A stretch of DNA of 64,000 nucleotides, from the NCBI GenBank assembly GCA_951406725.2, contig OX597822.1, positions 28,272,001-28,336,000 of the forward strand, given 5' to 3'. Below the pieces are notes generated by a model. That model saw only the letters and a list, made by a program, of their open reading frames with translations. It was not told the origin of the DNA and did not search any database. The DNA is from Octopus vulgaris (taxonomy: Eukaryota). Numbering within the stretch: position 1 is the stretch's first letter; each line of letters opens with the position of its first letter. Position numbers and translations under genes: made by a program. This document shows positions 39,371 through 55,033 of the stretch, piece by piece.

Positions 39371-39416
39371 AGCACATCTCTCTCTCTCTCTTTTCTCTCT
39401 CTGTATATATATACAT

Positions 39417-39455
<39 letters not shown>

Positions 39456-39512
39456 TATATGTATATGTGTGTGTGTGTGTTTATACATGTATACTTATAC
39501 ATACATATACAC

Positions 39513-39552
<40 letters not shown>

Positions 39553-39696
39553 TATATACATATAATTCTTCATAATAAACAAACACGCGCGAATATAAGA
39601 AAAATAGCTCTTACCTTTGCAAAACCTCAAGTACAGACACTGTACAAACACGCATACACATATATATATATATATATATATATGTTGATATATATA

Positions 39697-39747
<51 letters not shown>

Positions 39748-39911
39748 ATGTATGTATAAAAATACACAGGTATATAAAATAATATATACATATTCACACA
39801 TATATTATACATATATATATATATATATGGTGTGTATATTGGCTCACACACACATACACATATATACGCATACATGCAGAGACACACACACACAAACACA
39901 CAAACACACAT

Positions 39912-40010
<99 letters not shown>

Positions 40011-40289
40011 CACGCACATGTCCGATGAGAGTGGTGATGGTAGTGTTGTTGGTTCTAAATGATTGCGCTAATGTAGAATAGTGGCGGGTGCGGCGGTACT
40101 GCGATAGTGATGGCGATGGTGGAGGTGATGACATGAAATGTTTACTGGTAATGAAAGAAACGCCTGAGGAGGATGGGGGAATGTGATGAAGATGATGTTG
40201 ACGTCAGTAAAACATAATAGTGATCGTGGCGAAATGCTGGTGATATGTTGTGGGAGCGAGTGAGGTACGGAGTTTGGTTGAAGGCGAGA

Positions 40290-40545
40290 TGATGACGATG
40301 GCGATGGTAATGATCACGTGTGTTAGTGTTATTTCGTGCTGCTACTCATGATGATGATGATGATGATGATGGTGGTGGTAGTGGTGGTGGTGGTGGTGGT
40401 GGTGGTGTTGGTGGTGGTGGTGATGATGATGACGATGGCAATGGTAATGGTCACGTATGCGATACTGATGTTAGTGTTATTTCGTGCTGCTACTCATGAT
40501 GAGGATGATGATGTTGATGATGATGATGATGATGATGATGGTGAC

Positions 40546-40579
<34 letters not shown>

Positions 40580-40690
40580 TTGATGATGATGATGATGATG
40601 AGGATGATGAGAATTACGCTTTATTCAGGTGATGATGATGATGAAAGTGATGGTGATGATGATGATAATCATCATCATCATCATCATCAT
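40290..40690. repeat. Compound (GAT)/(GGT)/(CAT) trinucleotide repeat with an internal duplicated spacer
   Basis: Two copies of tgttagtgttatttcgtgctgctactcatga embedded in GAT/GGT runs. Confidence 0.85.
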
Positions 40691-40789
40691 CAAATCGATC
40701 AAAATTAAAAGGAATAAAGCTTCTCCCAAAATTAACAGAAAGATGTTGATAGTTCATCGAAGAAGTGATATTAACCCATACGCATACTC

Positions 40790-41000
40790 TTTACTCTTTT
40801 ACTTGTTTCAGTCATTTGACTGTGGCCATGCTGGAGCACCGCCTTTAGTCGAGCATATCGACCCCGGGACTTATTCTTTTTAAGCCTAGTACTTATTATT
40901 TGGGTCACTTTTTCTGAACCGCTAAGTTACGGGGACATAAACACACCAGCATCGGTTGTCAAGCGATGTCGGAGGGACAAACACAGACACACAAACACAA

Positions 41001-41036
<36 letters not shown>

Positions 41037-41201
41037 GCATATATACGACGGGCTTCTTTCAGTTTCCGTCTATCAATCTACTCACAAAGCTTTGGTTGGC
41101 CCGAGGCTATAGCAAATACTACTTACCCAAGGTGCCACGCAGTGGGACTGATCCCAGAACCATGTGGTTGGTAAGCAAACTACTTACCACACAGCCACTC
41201 C
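40790..41201 (-). mobile_element. Abundant SINE with an internal microsatellite
   Basis: Same family at ~6795-6990, 43865-44118(-), 49329-49830(+), 51140-51410, 54432-54720 and 59610-59750; shared motifs gaaccgctaagttacgggg and cgacgggcttctttcagtttccgtc. Confidence 0.8.
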
Positions 41202-41315
41202 CACATAGATACATACAAACATACACACACAAACACACACACATATATATATGTATGTGTGTGTGTGTGTGTACGTGTGTGTGTGTGTGTGCGTGTGTGT
41301 GTGCGCGTGTGTGTA

Positions 41316-41627
41316 GTGGAGGCACAATGGCCCAGTGGTTAGGGCGGAGGACTCGCGGTTTCGATTCCCAGACCGTGCGTTGTGAGTGTTTATTAAGCGA
41401 AAACACCTAAAGCTCCACGTGGCTCCGGCAGTGGCGGTTGGCGAACCCTGCTGTACTCTTTCACAACAATTTTCTCTCACTCTTTCTACTTGCTTCTGTT
41501 GTTCCTGTATTTCAAAGGGCCAGCCTCGTCACGCTTTGTGTCACGCTGAATCTCCTCGAGAACTACGTTAAGGGCACACGTGTCTGTGGAGTACTCAGCC
41601 ACTTGCACGTTAATTTCACTAGCAGGC
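41316..41627 (+). mobile_element. tRNA-derived SINE (same family as 37734-38128, inverted)
   Basis: gtggaggcacaatggcccagtggttaggg...; ORFs 41438 and 37792 are homologous. Confidence 0.85.
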
Positions 41628-41964
<337 letters not shown>

Positions 41965-42769
41965 CAAAACAGTTTGATTCCGATAACTTACTACTCTGAG
42001 TTTCAAGCGAGTGGTTAGTTTTCGGCTATTGGAGTCAGAATGAGAGACCGATTGAAGGGAATCAATGTTTATTACGGCACATTAACCTGCATTTGGTCGA
42101 GAAAGGTCACGCAGTATTAATATCGGTATTTTAGTATTTAAGCGACGTGGTTAGGGGAACTAGGAATGGGTGGTAGACGTGGGGTATACATGTATATATG
42201 CCCATACATCTGCGTGTATGCATCAGAACTTATACGGGTGTGTATGTATGCTTAGATGTACATTCACACATTCGCATGCGCGCACGCACACACACACATA
42301 CACACACAGACACACACACAAGCGAAGGCACACACAGACACACACACACAAGCGAAGGCACACACATTCACATGTATACACACACGCACGCACAAATATA
42401 CACACGTACACGGACACACACATGTACGCGTGCACAGCTTTATTGCCATGTACATTTGCACCGAGCACGCGCGCACGCGCGCACGCACATCCATGCGTAT
42501 ACATACCCACATGCACTCGTGTGTTCATATACAATGGGTGATGTCCAAGGGGTGAGAATATGCGGGTAGAAAGGAATGTGAAAGTGTTAGGGATTGGTGA
42601 TTTGTTAATGGGTGGGTTATTTGCAACGGTGACCTTGGTGCAGGTGGTGCTAAGGGTGGCTGGTACTAATGAGGTATATCCGGGTTGCCGGCAGCCAGTG
42701 GCTAAAAATTTACCAGATCGGTGTACCTCTGGTGACAGTAATACAACACCTCATATTTTCTTGTTGATG

Positions 42770-43860
42770 GACGCTGCGGGTTGGTAGAGGATATAGAGTT
42801 TTTCGCGCTGGCCAGCTGGCGATTGGGCGGGGCTGGTGAATAAGGTAGCGCTCTGTCGTTAATAGTCCACTTGATGCTGGGTGTTTCATTTCGGCGAAAG
42901 AACGACAAGGAAAGTCTCCAGAGAAAGCGCAACAGGGAAGTGGAGTTCTCTCTATTCCTGGATCTAAATGAAATCAAGTGCTGGGAATATCTTCCTTTGA
43001 ATTCATTGGACGTCATACACCTGTGTAATGCTAATAATATCATCGGGTGGTGTAAGGATGGTTCTGTATACTATAGCTTTTGTGAGGCAGGATCCTCCTG
43101 GAGAGCATGTAGCAGGTTTTCGAGAGTTTCAGGTTTCAGGTTGAGGTATGTGCGTGAGTATGTAAATATGTATGTGCGAGTGTGCTTTTACGTCTGTTGA
43201 TGCGTGCAATGTCAGACGCAATGCTGTTTAGCAGGAGTAGCTTACCTTGACATTATAGGAGTTGAAGAGTTTGTAATACTTATGGTCTCTGGGGAAATAT
43301 TTCTTTATTAACGACAGGAAGCAACTGGATGCGACGGCAGAAATGTTTAGGTTATATGGGGGAGTTATACCAAACTATTTTCCTTTACCTAATTCTCTTG
43401 TGTTGGCGAGAGTAGGTTTGGGTTTCGTTCACACACGTAAGCTGTTCAGAAAATTCGCTCCAAGCCAAAGCATCATTGTAGTGATGTTAAAGATCTCCAT
43501 AATGGCTGACAATTTAAACACCCGATTGCTAACGCCTGAAGCCAGGTTTCTAATTACAGCGGCGTGGGGTGGTCTGAGCTCTTGTGGATATATACTGCTT
43601 CTTCCTTAAATTCTTGTAAGGGTAGTATTTGCCCGTATGCAAGTCTGAGCTTACGTCCAAGAAAGTCAGATTGGTAGTAACAGTTATGGATAGGCCGAAC
43701 TCTTTGAATATTTTTATCAAGTCCTTCCTGAACCATGGCATAGTCTTGCATATCGCTTGAGATAGCCAGACCATTGTCGTGCAAGACAGACAGAAACATA
43801 CACTGACAGAGACAGGGGAAAATGTCACAAGTTGATAAAGTTCGAGACGGCAGATAATAC
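42770..43860 (-). mobile_element. Degenerate Penelope-like element (RT thumb plus GIY-YIG)
   Basis: KDLIKIFKEFGLSIT..NLTFLDV..DLHTGKYYPYK / YIHKSSDHP and SNEFKGRYSQHLISFR..ENSTSL..IKWTI..A.PY. Confidence 0.75.
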
Positions 43861-43922
43861 TTTCTTATTCTTTGTAAGCCTAGTACTTATTCTATTGGTC
43901 TCTTTTGCCGAACCGCTAAGTT

Positions 43923-43953
<31 letters not shown>

Positions 43954-44121
43954 CATATACATATATATATATACGACGGGCTTCTTTCAGTTTCCGTCTA
44001 CCAAATCCACTCACAAGGCTTTGGTAGAAGACACATGCCCAAGGTGCCGCGCAGTGGGATTGAACCCGGAACTATGTGGTTCGTAAGCAAGCTACTTACC
44101 ACACAGCCACTCCTATGCCTA

Positions 44122-44177
<56 letters not shown>

Positions 44178-44183
<6 letters not shown>

Positions 44184-44862
44184 GGGGAAAAAGTCAAGGT
44201 AGGCTATACTAAAATAATTTTATAAAAAAACATTTCAGTATCGGTTTCAGTCATTAAGACTTTTCCGTCTGTCAGTATGGAAAACAATTAAATTTGGGAA
44301 ATACAAATCTTACAAATATCATACCACCTACATTCCTTCTTATTCTTCCTTCTCTTTCTCCTTCTTCTTCGTTTTCTTCCTCTCCGCCACCTCCTTTATC
44401 ACTATTGCTGTTTAGAATAACACCTACGCAAATTTTATAAACAAAACATTCAGAAGAAATGTCTCAAAAATTCAATCACGATTACTATCCACAACAAGTC
44501 ACTTTCAGGGCACCTGACCATTTAACATTCTACTACTATAATGTCACTCCTGCATTCTTCCCTCCTCCTCCTCCTCCTACTTCTCCTTCTTGTTCTTCTT
44601 CCCTGCCAAGAATTCACAACGACCTCGAACCCACAAGAGTAAAAAAGAGAGACAGAGACAGGCAGAAACAAGGAAAATGCCCCTTGTATCTGAATATTAT
44701 GCAAATATTCTTTTAAAAACTTTTCTTTTAATTTTTCCAAAATTTAATTGTTTTCCATACTTACAGTTGAAAAAGTCTCAATGACTGAAACCGGTACTGA
44801 AATGTTTTCTATTAAATTATTTTAGCATTTTCTAACTTGACATTTTTTCCATATATGTATAT
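44178..44862. repeat. Element with ~130-bp imperfect terminal inverted repeats between (TA)n tracts
   Basis: 44178-44310 is the diverged reverse complement of 44728-44862. Confidence 0.8.
44761..44802 (+). ncRNA. Minimal hammerhead motif with U3-A8 covariant core
   Basis: cag-TTGAAAA-AGTC-tcaat-GACT-GAAA-CCGG-TA-ctg; a decayed mirror copy lies at ~44233-44275(-). Confidence 0.6.
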
Positions 44863-44880
44863 GTTCCTTTTCAACATTCT

Positions 44881-44940
<60 letters not shown>

Positions 44941-45053
44941 GGCATTATTATACATACATGCCACACGCTAAGAGGGACGTTAGTCATTTCTACCAAAAAT
45001 TTTACTAATTCAACCCAAATGCAATTTTTCAAAGCAAGACATTTAAAAAATTA

Positions 45054-45102
45054 AGTCTTGTATCACCTGTGATTTCGTACTTACGTACTCATCAGCAAGA
45101 CT
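45054..45102 (-). ncRNA. Canonical type-I hammerhead ribozyme
   Basis: Minus: AGTCTTG-CTGATGA-GTAC-gtaa-GTAC-GAAA-TCAC-ag-GTGA-TA-CAAGACT; all three stems pair and the core is intact. Confidence 0.9.
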
Positions 45103-45513
45103 GGTTCTGAACGTATCATAAATAAACGACCTCGTCTCGTCGAAGCTAAACAGCTAACTGTTCAACAACGAAGCACATGGGGGAGTTTACATATAATACA
45201 TCCGGTAAATGGCAGGCTTCTTCGAATTGCATTTCGGATAGGAAAAGTTTTTTCGGAATAAAATTATTTAACAATTAAGGATAACCTCTTAATAAGGAAT
45301 TTTAACAAGAAATTATCAGGTAGATAGCGTGAAAAACCTCATAAGATAAAAATTTCGAAAATAATTCTTTCTTATTGAACATATTAATTTATATATAGAG
45401 GGCTTTGTTATACATACATGCCACACGCTAAGAGGGACATTAGTCATTTCTACCAAAAATTTTACTAATTCTACCCAAATGCAATTTTTCAAGGCAAGAC
45501 ATTTAAAAAATTA

Positions 45514-45562
45514 AGTCTTGTATCACCTGTGATTTCGTACTTACGTACTCATCAGCAAGACT
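45514..45562 (-). ncRNA. Canonical type-I hammerhead ribozyme, second tandem copy
   Basis: Identical to 45054-45102, 460 bp away. Confidence 0.9.
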
Positions 45563-45933
45563 GGTTCTGAACGTATCATAAATAAACGACCTCGTCTCGT
45601 CGAAGCTAAACAGCTAACTGTTCAACAACGAAGCACATGGGGGAGTTTACATATAATACATCCGGTAAATGGCAGGCTTCTTCGAATTGCATTTCGGATA
45701 GGAAAAGTTTTTTCGGAATAAAATTATTTAACAATTAAGGATAACCTCTTAATAAGGAATCTTAACAAGAAATTATCAGGTAGATAGCGTGAAAAACCTC
45801 ATAAGATAAAAATTAATATGTTCAATAAGAAAGAATTATTTTCGAAATTTTTATCTTATGAGGTTTTTCACGCTATCTACCTGATAATTTCTTGTTAATA
45901 TTCCTTATTAAGAGGTTATCCTTAATTGTTAAA

Positions 45934-45992
<59 letters not shown>

Positions 45993-46088
45993 ATAAAACG
46001 GTAAGATAACAAAAGAAAGAAAGAGACCTCAATATTATGTAAATAGAGGAAATTTATCTATACAATATGTTACATTACTCGGTAGTCA

Positions 46089-46151
46089 AGATAAAACTCT
46101 GAGTTTCAGATGCCGAAGTGGAAATCCACAACACCATCTCTTCGGTTATCT
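46089..46151 (-). ncRNA. Hammerhead-like motif, mirror copy in the left arm
   Basis: Reverse complement of 46717-46779. Confidence 0.55.
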
Positions 46152-46716
46152 GGCTATTTGAAAACGTTATGAAAAAATACCGTTAAAAATGAAGGGAAAT
46201 TACTCTGTTATAACTCTGCTTTGCCTGCGTACTTATACATCGCTCGCATTTTTCGTCATAAAAATTATATAAAAATACATAAAAATATATAAAAATATAT
46301 AAAATCTTCTTGGGACATAACACAGAAAGCATGTTCTATCCGTTTTCTTTAGGGACCAAAAACGTAACAGAAATTTAGTCACATGTGGGCATGATCCGAA
46401 AAGCTTGTCCTTGTATTTAGACATGTGGTAGACCCTACCACATGTCTAAATACAAGGACAGAGCTTTTCGGATCATGCCCACATGTGACTAAATTTCTGT
46501 TACGTTTTTGGTCCCCTAAAGAAAACGGATAGAACATGCTTTCTGTGTTATGTCCCAAGAAGATTTTATATATTTTTATATATTTTTATGTATTTTTATA
46601 TAATTTTTATGACGAAAAATGCGAGCGATGTATAAGTACGCAGGCAAAGCAGAGTTATAACAGAGTAATTTCCCTTCATTTTTAACGGTATTTTTTCATA
46701 ACGTTTTCAAATAGCC

Positions 46717-46779
46717 AGATAACCGAAGAGATGGTGTTGTGGATTTCCACTTCGGCATCTGAAACTCAGAGTTTTATCT
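46717..46779 (+). ncRNA. Hammerhead-like motif (U4C variant) in the right arm of the palindrome
   Basis: AGATAA-CCGAAGA-GATG..GTGG-attt-CCAC..CATC-t-GAAA-CTC-a-GAG-TT-TTATCT. Confidence 0.55.
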
Positions 46780-46808
46780 TGACTACCGAGTAATGTAACA
46801 TATTGTAT

Positions 46809-49329
<2,521 letters not shown>

Positions 49330-49479
49330 AGGCGTAGCTGTGTGCTGAGAAGCTTGCTTCCCAACAAAATGATTCCGGGTTCAGTCCTACTGCGTGTCAG
49401 CAAGTGTCTTCTTCTATAGCCTTCAGCCGACCAAAGACATGTCAGTGGATATAGTTGACGGAAACTGAAAGAATTCTGT

Positions 49480-49557
<78 letters not shown>

Positions 49558-49829
49558 TACATGTATATACATGTGTGTGTGTCTGTGTCCTTGTGTGCCT
49601 CTGTGTGTGTATGTGAGTATTTGTGTCTATGTTTGTTCCCCAGTACCATTGCTTAGAAACTGATGTTGGTGCGTTTACGTCCCCATAACCTAGCGGTTCG
49701 GCAAAAGATATCAATAGAATAAGCATCAAGCTTACAAAGAACAAGTCCAGGGATTGATTTTTTCAACTGAAAGGCGGTACTCCAGTATGGCCACACTCAA
49801 ATGACTGAAAAAGTTACAGAGTAAAAGAG

Positions 49830-49879
<50 letters not shown>

Positions 49880-49888
49880 CAAATGTAC

Positions 49889-49939
<51 letters not shown>

Positions 49940-50075
49940 AGATAAGAAAATGGAGAAATACATCTAAATCAAATATCAATTACCAGATAATACTCAATCA
50001 CATACTTTATTAAACCACCACATAAGAGACAGTAATCCCATGGAGGGTTGCATTTACAACCCCTATCTCAATTTG

Positions 50076-50150
<75 letters not shown>

Positions 50151-50288
50151 ATATAAATTAGAAAAATAAACACCTTTTATCAATTCTATAATGAAAAACA
50201 CTTAATTATACCATTTAGAAAAAAATTACATTTTATAGAAAGATTAAATATAAGATAAAACATATACCAATGATTACGTAGTGTGCAA

Positions 50289-50361
<73 letters not shown>

Positions 50362-50409
50362 TAAACGATCGTACTGCATTACTTCTGGATATCCTTGTTG
50401 CTTATTTTG

Positions 50410-50489
<80 letters not shown>

Positions 50490-50540
50490 ATATATGTGCG
50501 TGTGTGTGTGTGTGTGCATATATGTGTGTGTGTATAAGTG

Positions 50541-50572
<32 letters not shown>

Positions 50573-51091
50573 CGTGTTTGAAGGAAAGCGATAGTTGTTA
50601 ATGTTTCTCCCTAAACGGAAGATTACCAGTTAAATCGTTTAGGTATCACATACATGAAAATTGAAACAGTTATCAGTTGTTTTGCCATGTAATTTTGTTT
50701 TTGCTTTGATCAGGGTAAACGAAACGGAAAGGAAAAACAGATGAGAAAAAACTTACCTCCTTTTTTTTTATTCCCTGCAGTACACAGCAAGAATAATCTT
50801 CAATACACTACTTATATGCCAGCGAAGTGTAATGTGATTGCTTTCATATTTTGAAACGTAATAATATATTAGCTTACATAATGACGTCAGCTGGGAAAAC
50901 TCCCGCCAAAAATATAAAGTTTGCCGACCTATTTGAATTGATTATTCCTCTCTATGGTAACTGAACATGAGGCATGCGAGATATGAAAAATTTTATGTTG
51001 GTGCATATGCGTTTGTGTTTAAACGCTAGTGTATATGTGTTTATGTGTTTGTGTGTGTGTATATATATGTGTGTATATATATATCTATCTA

Positions 51092-51132
<41 letters not shown>

Positions 51133-51519
51133 TTATCTTTTATCTTTTATCTTTTACCTGTTTCAGTCAGGTTTCCGTCATACTGGGGCACGGGTTTGAA
51201 GGGTTTTAATCGACTGAACCGTTTCCAGTAGTAATAACCTATTATATCGGCATCTTATGCCAAGCCTATAAGTTACGGGGCAAGTAAACAAACTACCAAT
51301 GGTTGTCAAGCGATAGTGTGGAGCAAACAGAAACGGGGATACACAGACATGAAGCTTCTTCCAACTTCCGTCCACCACAGCCGCTCACAAGTCTTTGGCC
51401 GGCCACACACACACACACACTGACGTGTTACATTGATCACTCTAATGGTAGCGTGCAACACGATACAACTTCCTATATGTTTGCGAGCTCCATGACATTT
51501 CTCTCTTCCTTCCTACTTC

Positions 51520-51650
51520 GCCGTTGGCTTCGGCAGTCGCGCGCTTTGTTCCGCTGTCGACGCCTTCTAATTTTTTTTTTCTTTTTCCGTCGCGCGGCGG
51601 CCTCGCGCCGATGCTTTCCCTCAGTACGTGTATAAAAGACGTATAAAAGA
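51520..51650 (+). promoter_or_regulatory. CpG-rich patch followed by two TATAAAAG boxes (candidate promoter of GPCR 3)
   Basis: cgcgcggcggcctcgcgccg then TATAAAAG at 51631 and 51642 in apparently unique sequence; no transcript evidence. Confidence 0.3.
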
Positions 51651-52332
51651 ATAACAGGCAGTAATATAACTATTAGACTACCAGACAGATTATTAGTTTT
51701 CAGTGGTGAAGACTTGTGTAGAACCAGGCACACGTTTTCGAAGTGCTTGTAGCAAACCACCCTACTCAAAAAGCAGGTTTGATGGTGTTGCCGCTTTCGA
51801 CGCTTTCGACCCGACCATTGCAACAGGTGATATTGGTTACATGTTACTATCAGCACATTTTTGACAAGCTAGAATATACTAATAGCCTTGAATGGAGGTA
51901 TTCTCTCATTTTTACATCTCTCTGACTTCTCTCTCACTAATGATGATATATTCAGCTTATCGAATCTTTGTCCGTTATAATGATCCACAGAATTGGCTAT
52001 TCTAGAAACAGCTGTAAAGTAACTGCATGTTTATATTCTCTATCTCAATTAAATACCCTTTTCAAGTTATGCCAAACGTTTTGCTTTTTTCATTTTTACT
52101 TTAATCTATATCAGACTGCTCAAGGTAAAACCACTTCCAGCCGTCTCTGATGGCTTTCTCAATACCATACATTCAGTTGCCTCTCAAGCTGGAGGTTTAG
52201 TACTAAATTTAGATGAGCACACACAGTACATACTTATTACTTAACGTCAGTTGACGAAAACTCCTTACACATATCTGTGTGTGTGTTTGTGCGTGTGTGT
52301 GTGTTATGTGTGTGTGTGTATGTGTGTGCGTG

Positions 52333-52376
<44 letters not shown>

Positions 52377-52382
52377 TGCGTG

Positions 52383-52419
<37 letters not shown>

Positions 52420-52929
52420 TTAGTATTTACTGTTGTACACATGCACATATACATACACACACATATATGCATACATACATACGTTCATGAAAAGGGGGCG
52501 GATAAATAGCAACGATATCGAATTCTGCTATTGTTATTTATGCATATTATTTCTGTTACTAAACCATTTTAGGGTTTAATAGCATAAATGTTAGTTGGAG
52601 ATCGGTCAAATAGTTAAGATTGTCAGAATGTTTAATGCTGCCTAAAGTACTGTCGGAATAGAAATTTATGTCAAATATATTTATCTAGAATGAGATGAGA
52701 AGGGAGTAGTCGAGTACCAGTTCTGATAGGTAAATGATAAGGGGAATAACTCTAGAATAATAAACAATTAGGTGGCTGATTATGTCCCTTAGTTCTCGAA
52801 GCCACATTCTAGTACGCACGCATACGCACATGGACGCCTACATATCTCTCCGAGTATTCATTCACACATAGTTATTTTCATCCAATTATGTAACTATATT
52901 CACATACACACACATAGACACACAGATAA

Positions 52930-52980
<51 letters not shown>

Positions 52981-52985
<5 letters not shown>

Positions 52986-53448
52986 TAGACTTAGATAAAC
53001 TTAGATATGTTTCGACCAAAGATTGGTCCAGGCCATGTCTGACTTAATAGCACCACCTGGTATGATTATCTGAATCCTGTTTAAGTCAAGTTTTGTTTAT
53101 GGTCCATTCAAGTAGTGAGTTTGTGTTGGGTGAGTTGTATCCAATTATGGGTGGCTTATCTGGTATTCTTTGAAGGAATCTATCCAGACTCCGTTTAAAG
53201 TTGATGGGATCCTTTTCCTCTTTGATCTCTTTCGGGACAATGTTAGATAGGGCAGGGCCTATTGAGGAAAAGAAATTATGTTGCAGTGTACATGTATGCT
53301 GTGATCTTGAATTGGGCAGGAGACGTATGGCCCGTGGTCCAAGTCTTGGATGAACCTTGAAGCTAATGTTCAGGTCGTTTGGGCAAAGTTGGCGGTATAT
53401 TCTGCACATCGTACAAATGATGTACCGCTCACGGCGACGCTGGAGAGA

Positions 53449-53450
<2 letters not shown>
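52981..53450 (-). mobile_element. CR1/L2-type LINE 3' end with a short-repeat tail
   Basis: SLQRRRERYII...FKVHPRLGPRA...FKRSLDRFLQRIPDKP...NSLLEW; ctaagt-like tail repeats at 52981-53006. Confidence 0.8.
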
Positions 53451-53496
<46 letters not shown>

Positions 53497-53644
53497 GGTT
53501 AAGTAATTGAGATTCTAGTGAATTCTAAAGAATTCACATGAATAAGGTCCTTAACTAGGATGCACCGGATATCAATATGGTGTTAGCCATACGACAAGTG
53601 GGGTGATTATAAATAGGAAAAAAGCAACAAGAATGGATTAAAAT

Positions 53645-53730
53645 CTCGGTACGATCGTTTCGTACGAGGACATCTTTAATAAGCTACAAAAAATGCAGTG
53701 AATACAGATGGCTCGTACTCGTCAGCCGAA
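53645..53730 (-). ncRNA. Type-I hammerhead ribozyme motif
   Basis: Minus: ttcgg-CTGACGA-GTACGAG...CTCGTAC-GAAA-CGATCG-TA-ccgag; palindromic stem III, GUA site; element bounded by (TA)n. Confidence 0.8.
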
Positions 53731-53870
53731 AAAAAAAATATATATATATATATATATTATGTATGGGTGTATATATATAATTATATATATATATATACAT
53801 ATACATAGGTATATCTGTGTGTATGTAAATGTGTATATATATATATATATATATATACATATATATACAC

Positions 53871-53923
<53 letters not shown>

Positions 53924-54829
53924 ATATATGATTAAACGCATAACCTCTTATGCCTCCACACCAACTATATACATGTGTGTGTGTCAGGGTCGTGCACGTA
54001 TACACATGTATCTATACATACACACTCGCACACACATAGATAGAGAGACAGACAGATAGACAGTACATGCAAATAAGCAATCATATACGTACAAAGATAT
54101 ACACACACAGATCCAACAGTTTTGAATAATGTATATTGGTGGTAGACCTCCTATTATGCAACAAATGATTCACTTGTATAGTGTCATATAATATGGTATG
54201 CATTGCTTGTATATTTCCTGCTTCCGTTCATATATTTTTATTACGTACATTACTCTATAAGCATGTCTACGTATGTATGTGTTTGTGTTTGTATGTGGGG
54301 GGAATATATATAGAAACACATAAATACGCACATACTGATGTACATATATTTACAAATATACGTATTTATACGCAGACATACCGCTGTGTCTGTGTAGAGA
54401 GAGAGAGAGGGAGGGAGGGAGAGAGAGAGAGGCGTGTTTGTGTGGTAAGTAGCTAACTTCCCAACCAAACGGTTCCGGGTTCAGTCCCGCTGCGTCGATG
54501 TAACTTACTCATTTCTCAAATGACATCGATAGAATATGAACTAGGTTTTTAAAAAGTACTAGGGTCGATTCATTTGACTAACAATTATTCAAGGCTGTAC
54601 CCCAACATGGCCACAGTTTAATGACCGGAACAAGTAAAAGATAGAAGAGATAAAAGAGAGGCATGGCAGTGTGGTAAGAAGCCTGCTTCCCAACCACTTG
54701 TTTCCGGGTTCAATCCTGCTGCGTTCAGAAAAGAACGGAAACACTGGAATTGAACCCTAAACGTAAGAGATATTTAAACTCTAGGCGGAGTAGTTCCCAA
54801 AAGGGGAGAAATTAAGGGGGACTAATTCT

Positions 54830-55033
54830 AAAAAGGGGAGATGTTGTGGGAGGATTCCGACCACCCCCGTGGGACTAAAAGTGGACTGACACATTGCTAT
54901 AAAGACTTGTGAGCAATAGAAAGCGTTTGACTTGTGAGCCGTTGAGAGAAAGCGTTTAACTTCGTATATCAGAAAAAGTAGTGCGTCGTGTAAATACTTA
55001 TTTCCCCCTGCTAGTTAGATTATTTATCCAGCA
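54830..55033 (+). mobile_element. Probable 3' LTR of an LTR retrotransposon with polypurine tract
   Basis: AAAAAGGGGAGA directly followed by TGTTG...CAGCA (~190 bp), with an internal TATAAAG. Confidence 0.5.

Larger units (their letters stand above)
44937..45938 (-). mobile_element. ORF-less retrozyme / Penelope pLTR-like element: 460-bp direct repeat (~1.9 copies) plus an inverted terminal segment
   Basis: 44941 recurs at 45401 (period 460, few mismatches); 45811-45938 is the reverse complement of ~45262-45390; flanked by (TA)/(GA)n. Confidence 0.8.

Noticed and set aside
40336-40883. Poly-M/V/D/H ORFs resembling acidic or His-rich proteins
   Set aside because: Trinucleotide repeats with no complex coding sequence or splice context
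53005-53045. Stem followed by GAAAC in the LINE 3'UTR
   Set aside because: Lacks CUGANGA; better explained as the usual LINE 3' recognition stem-loop
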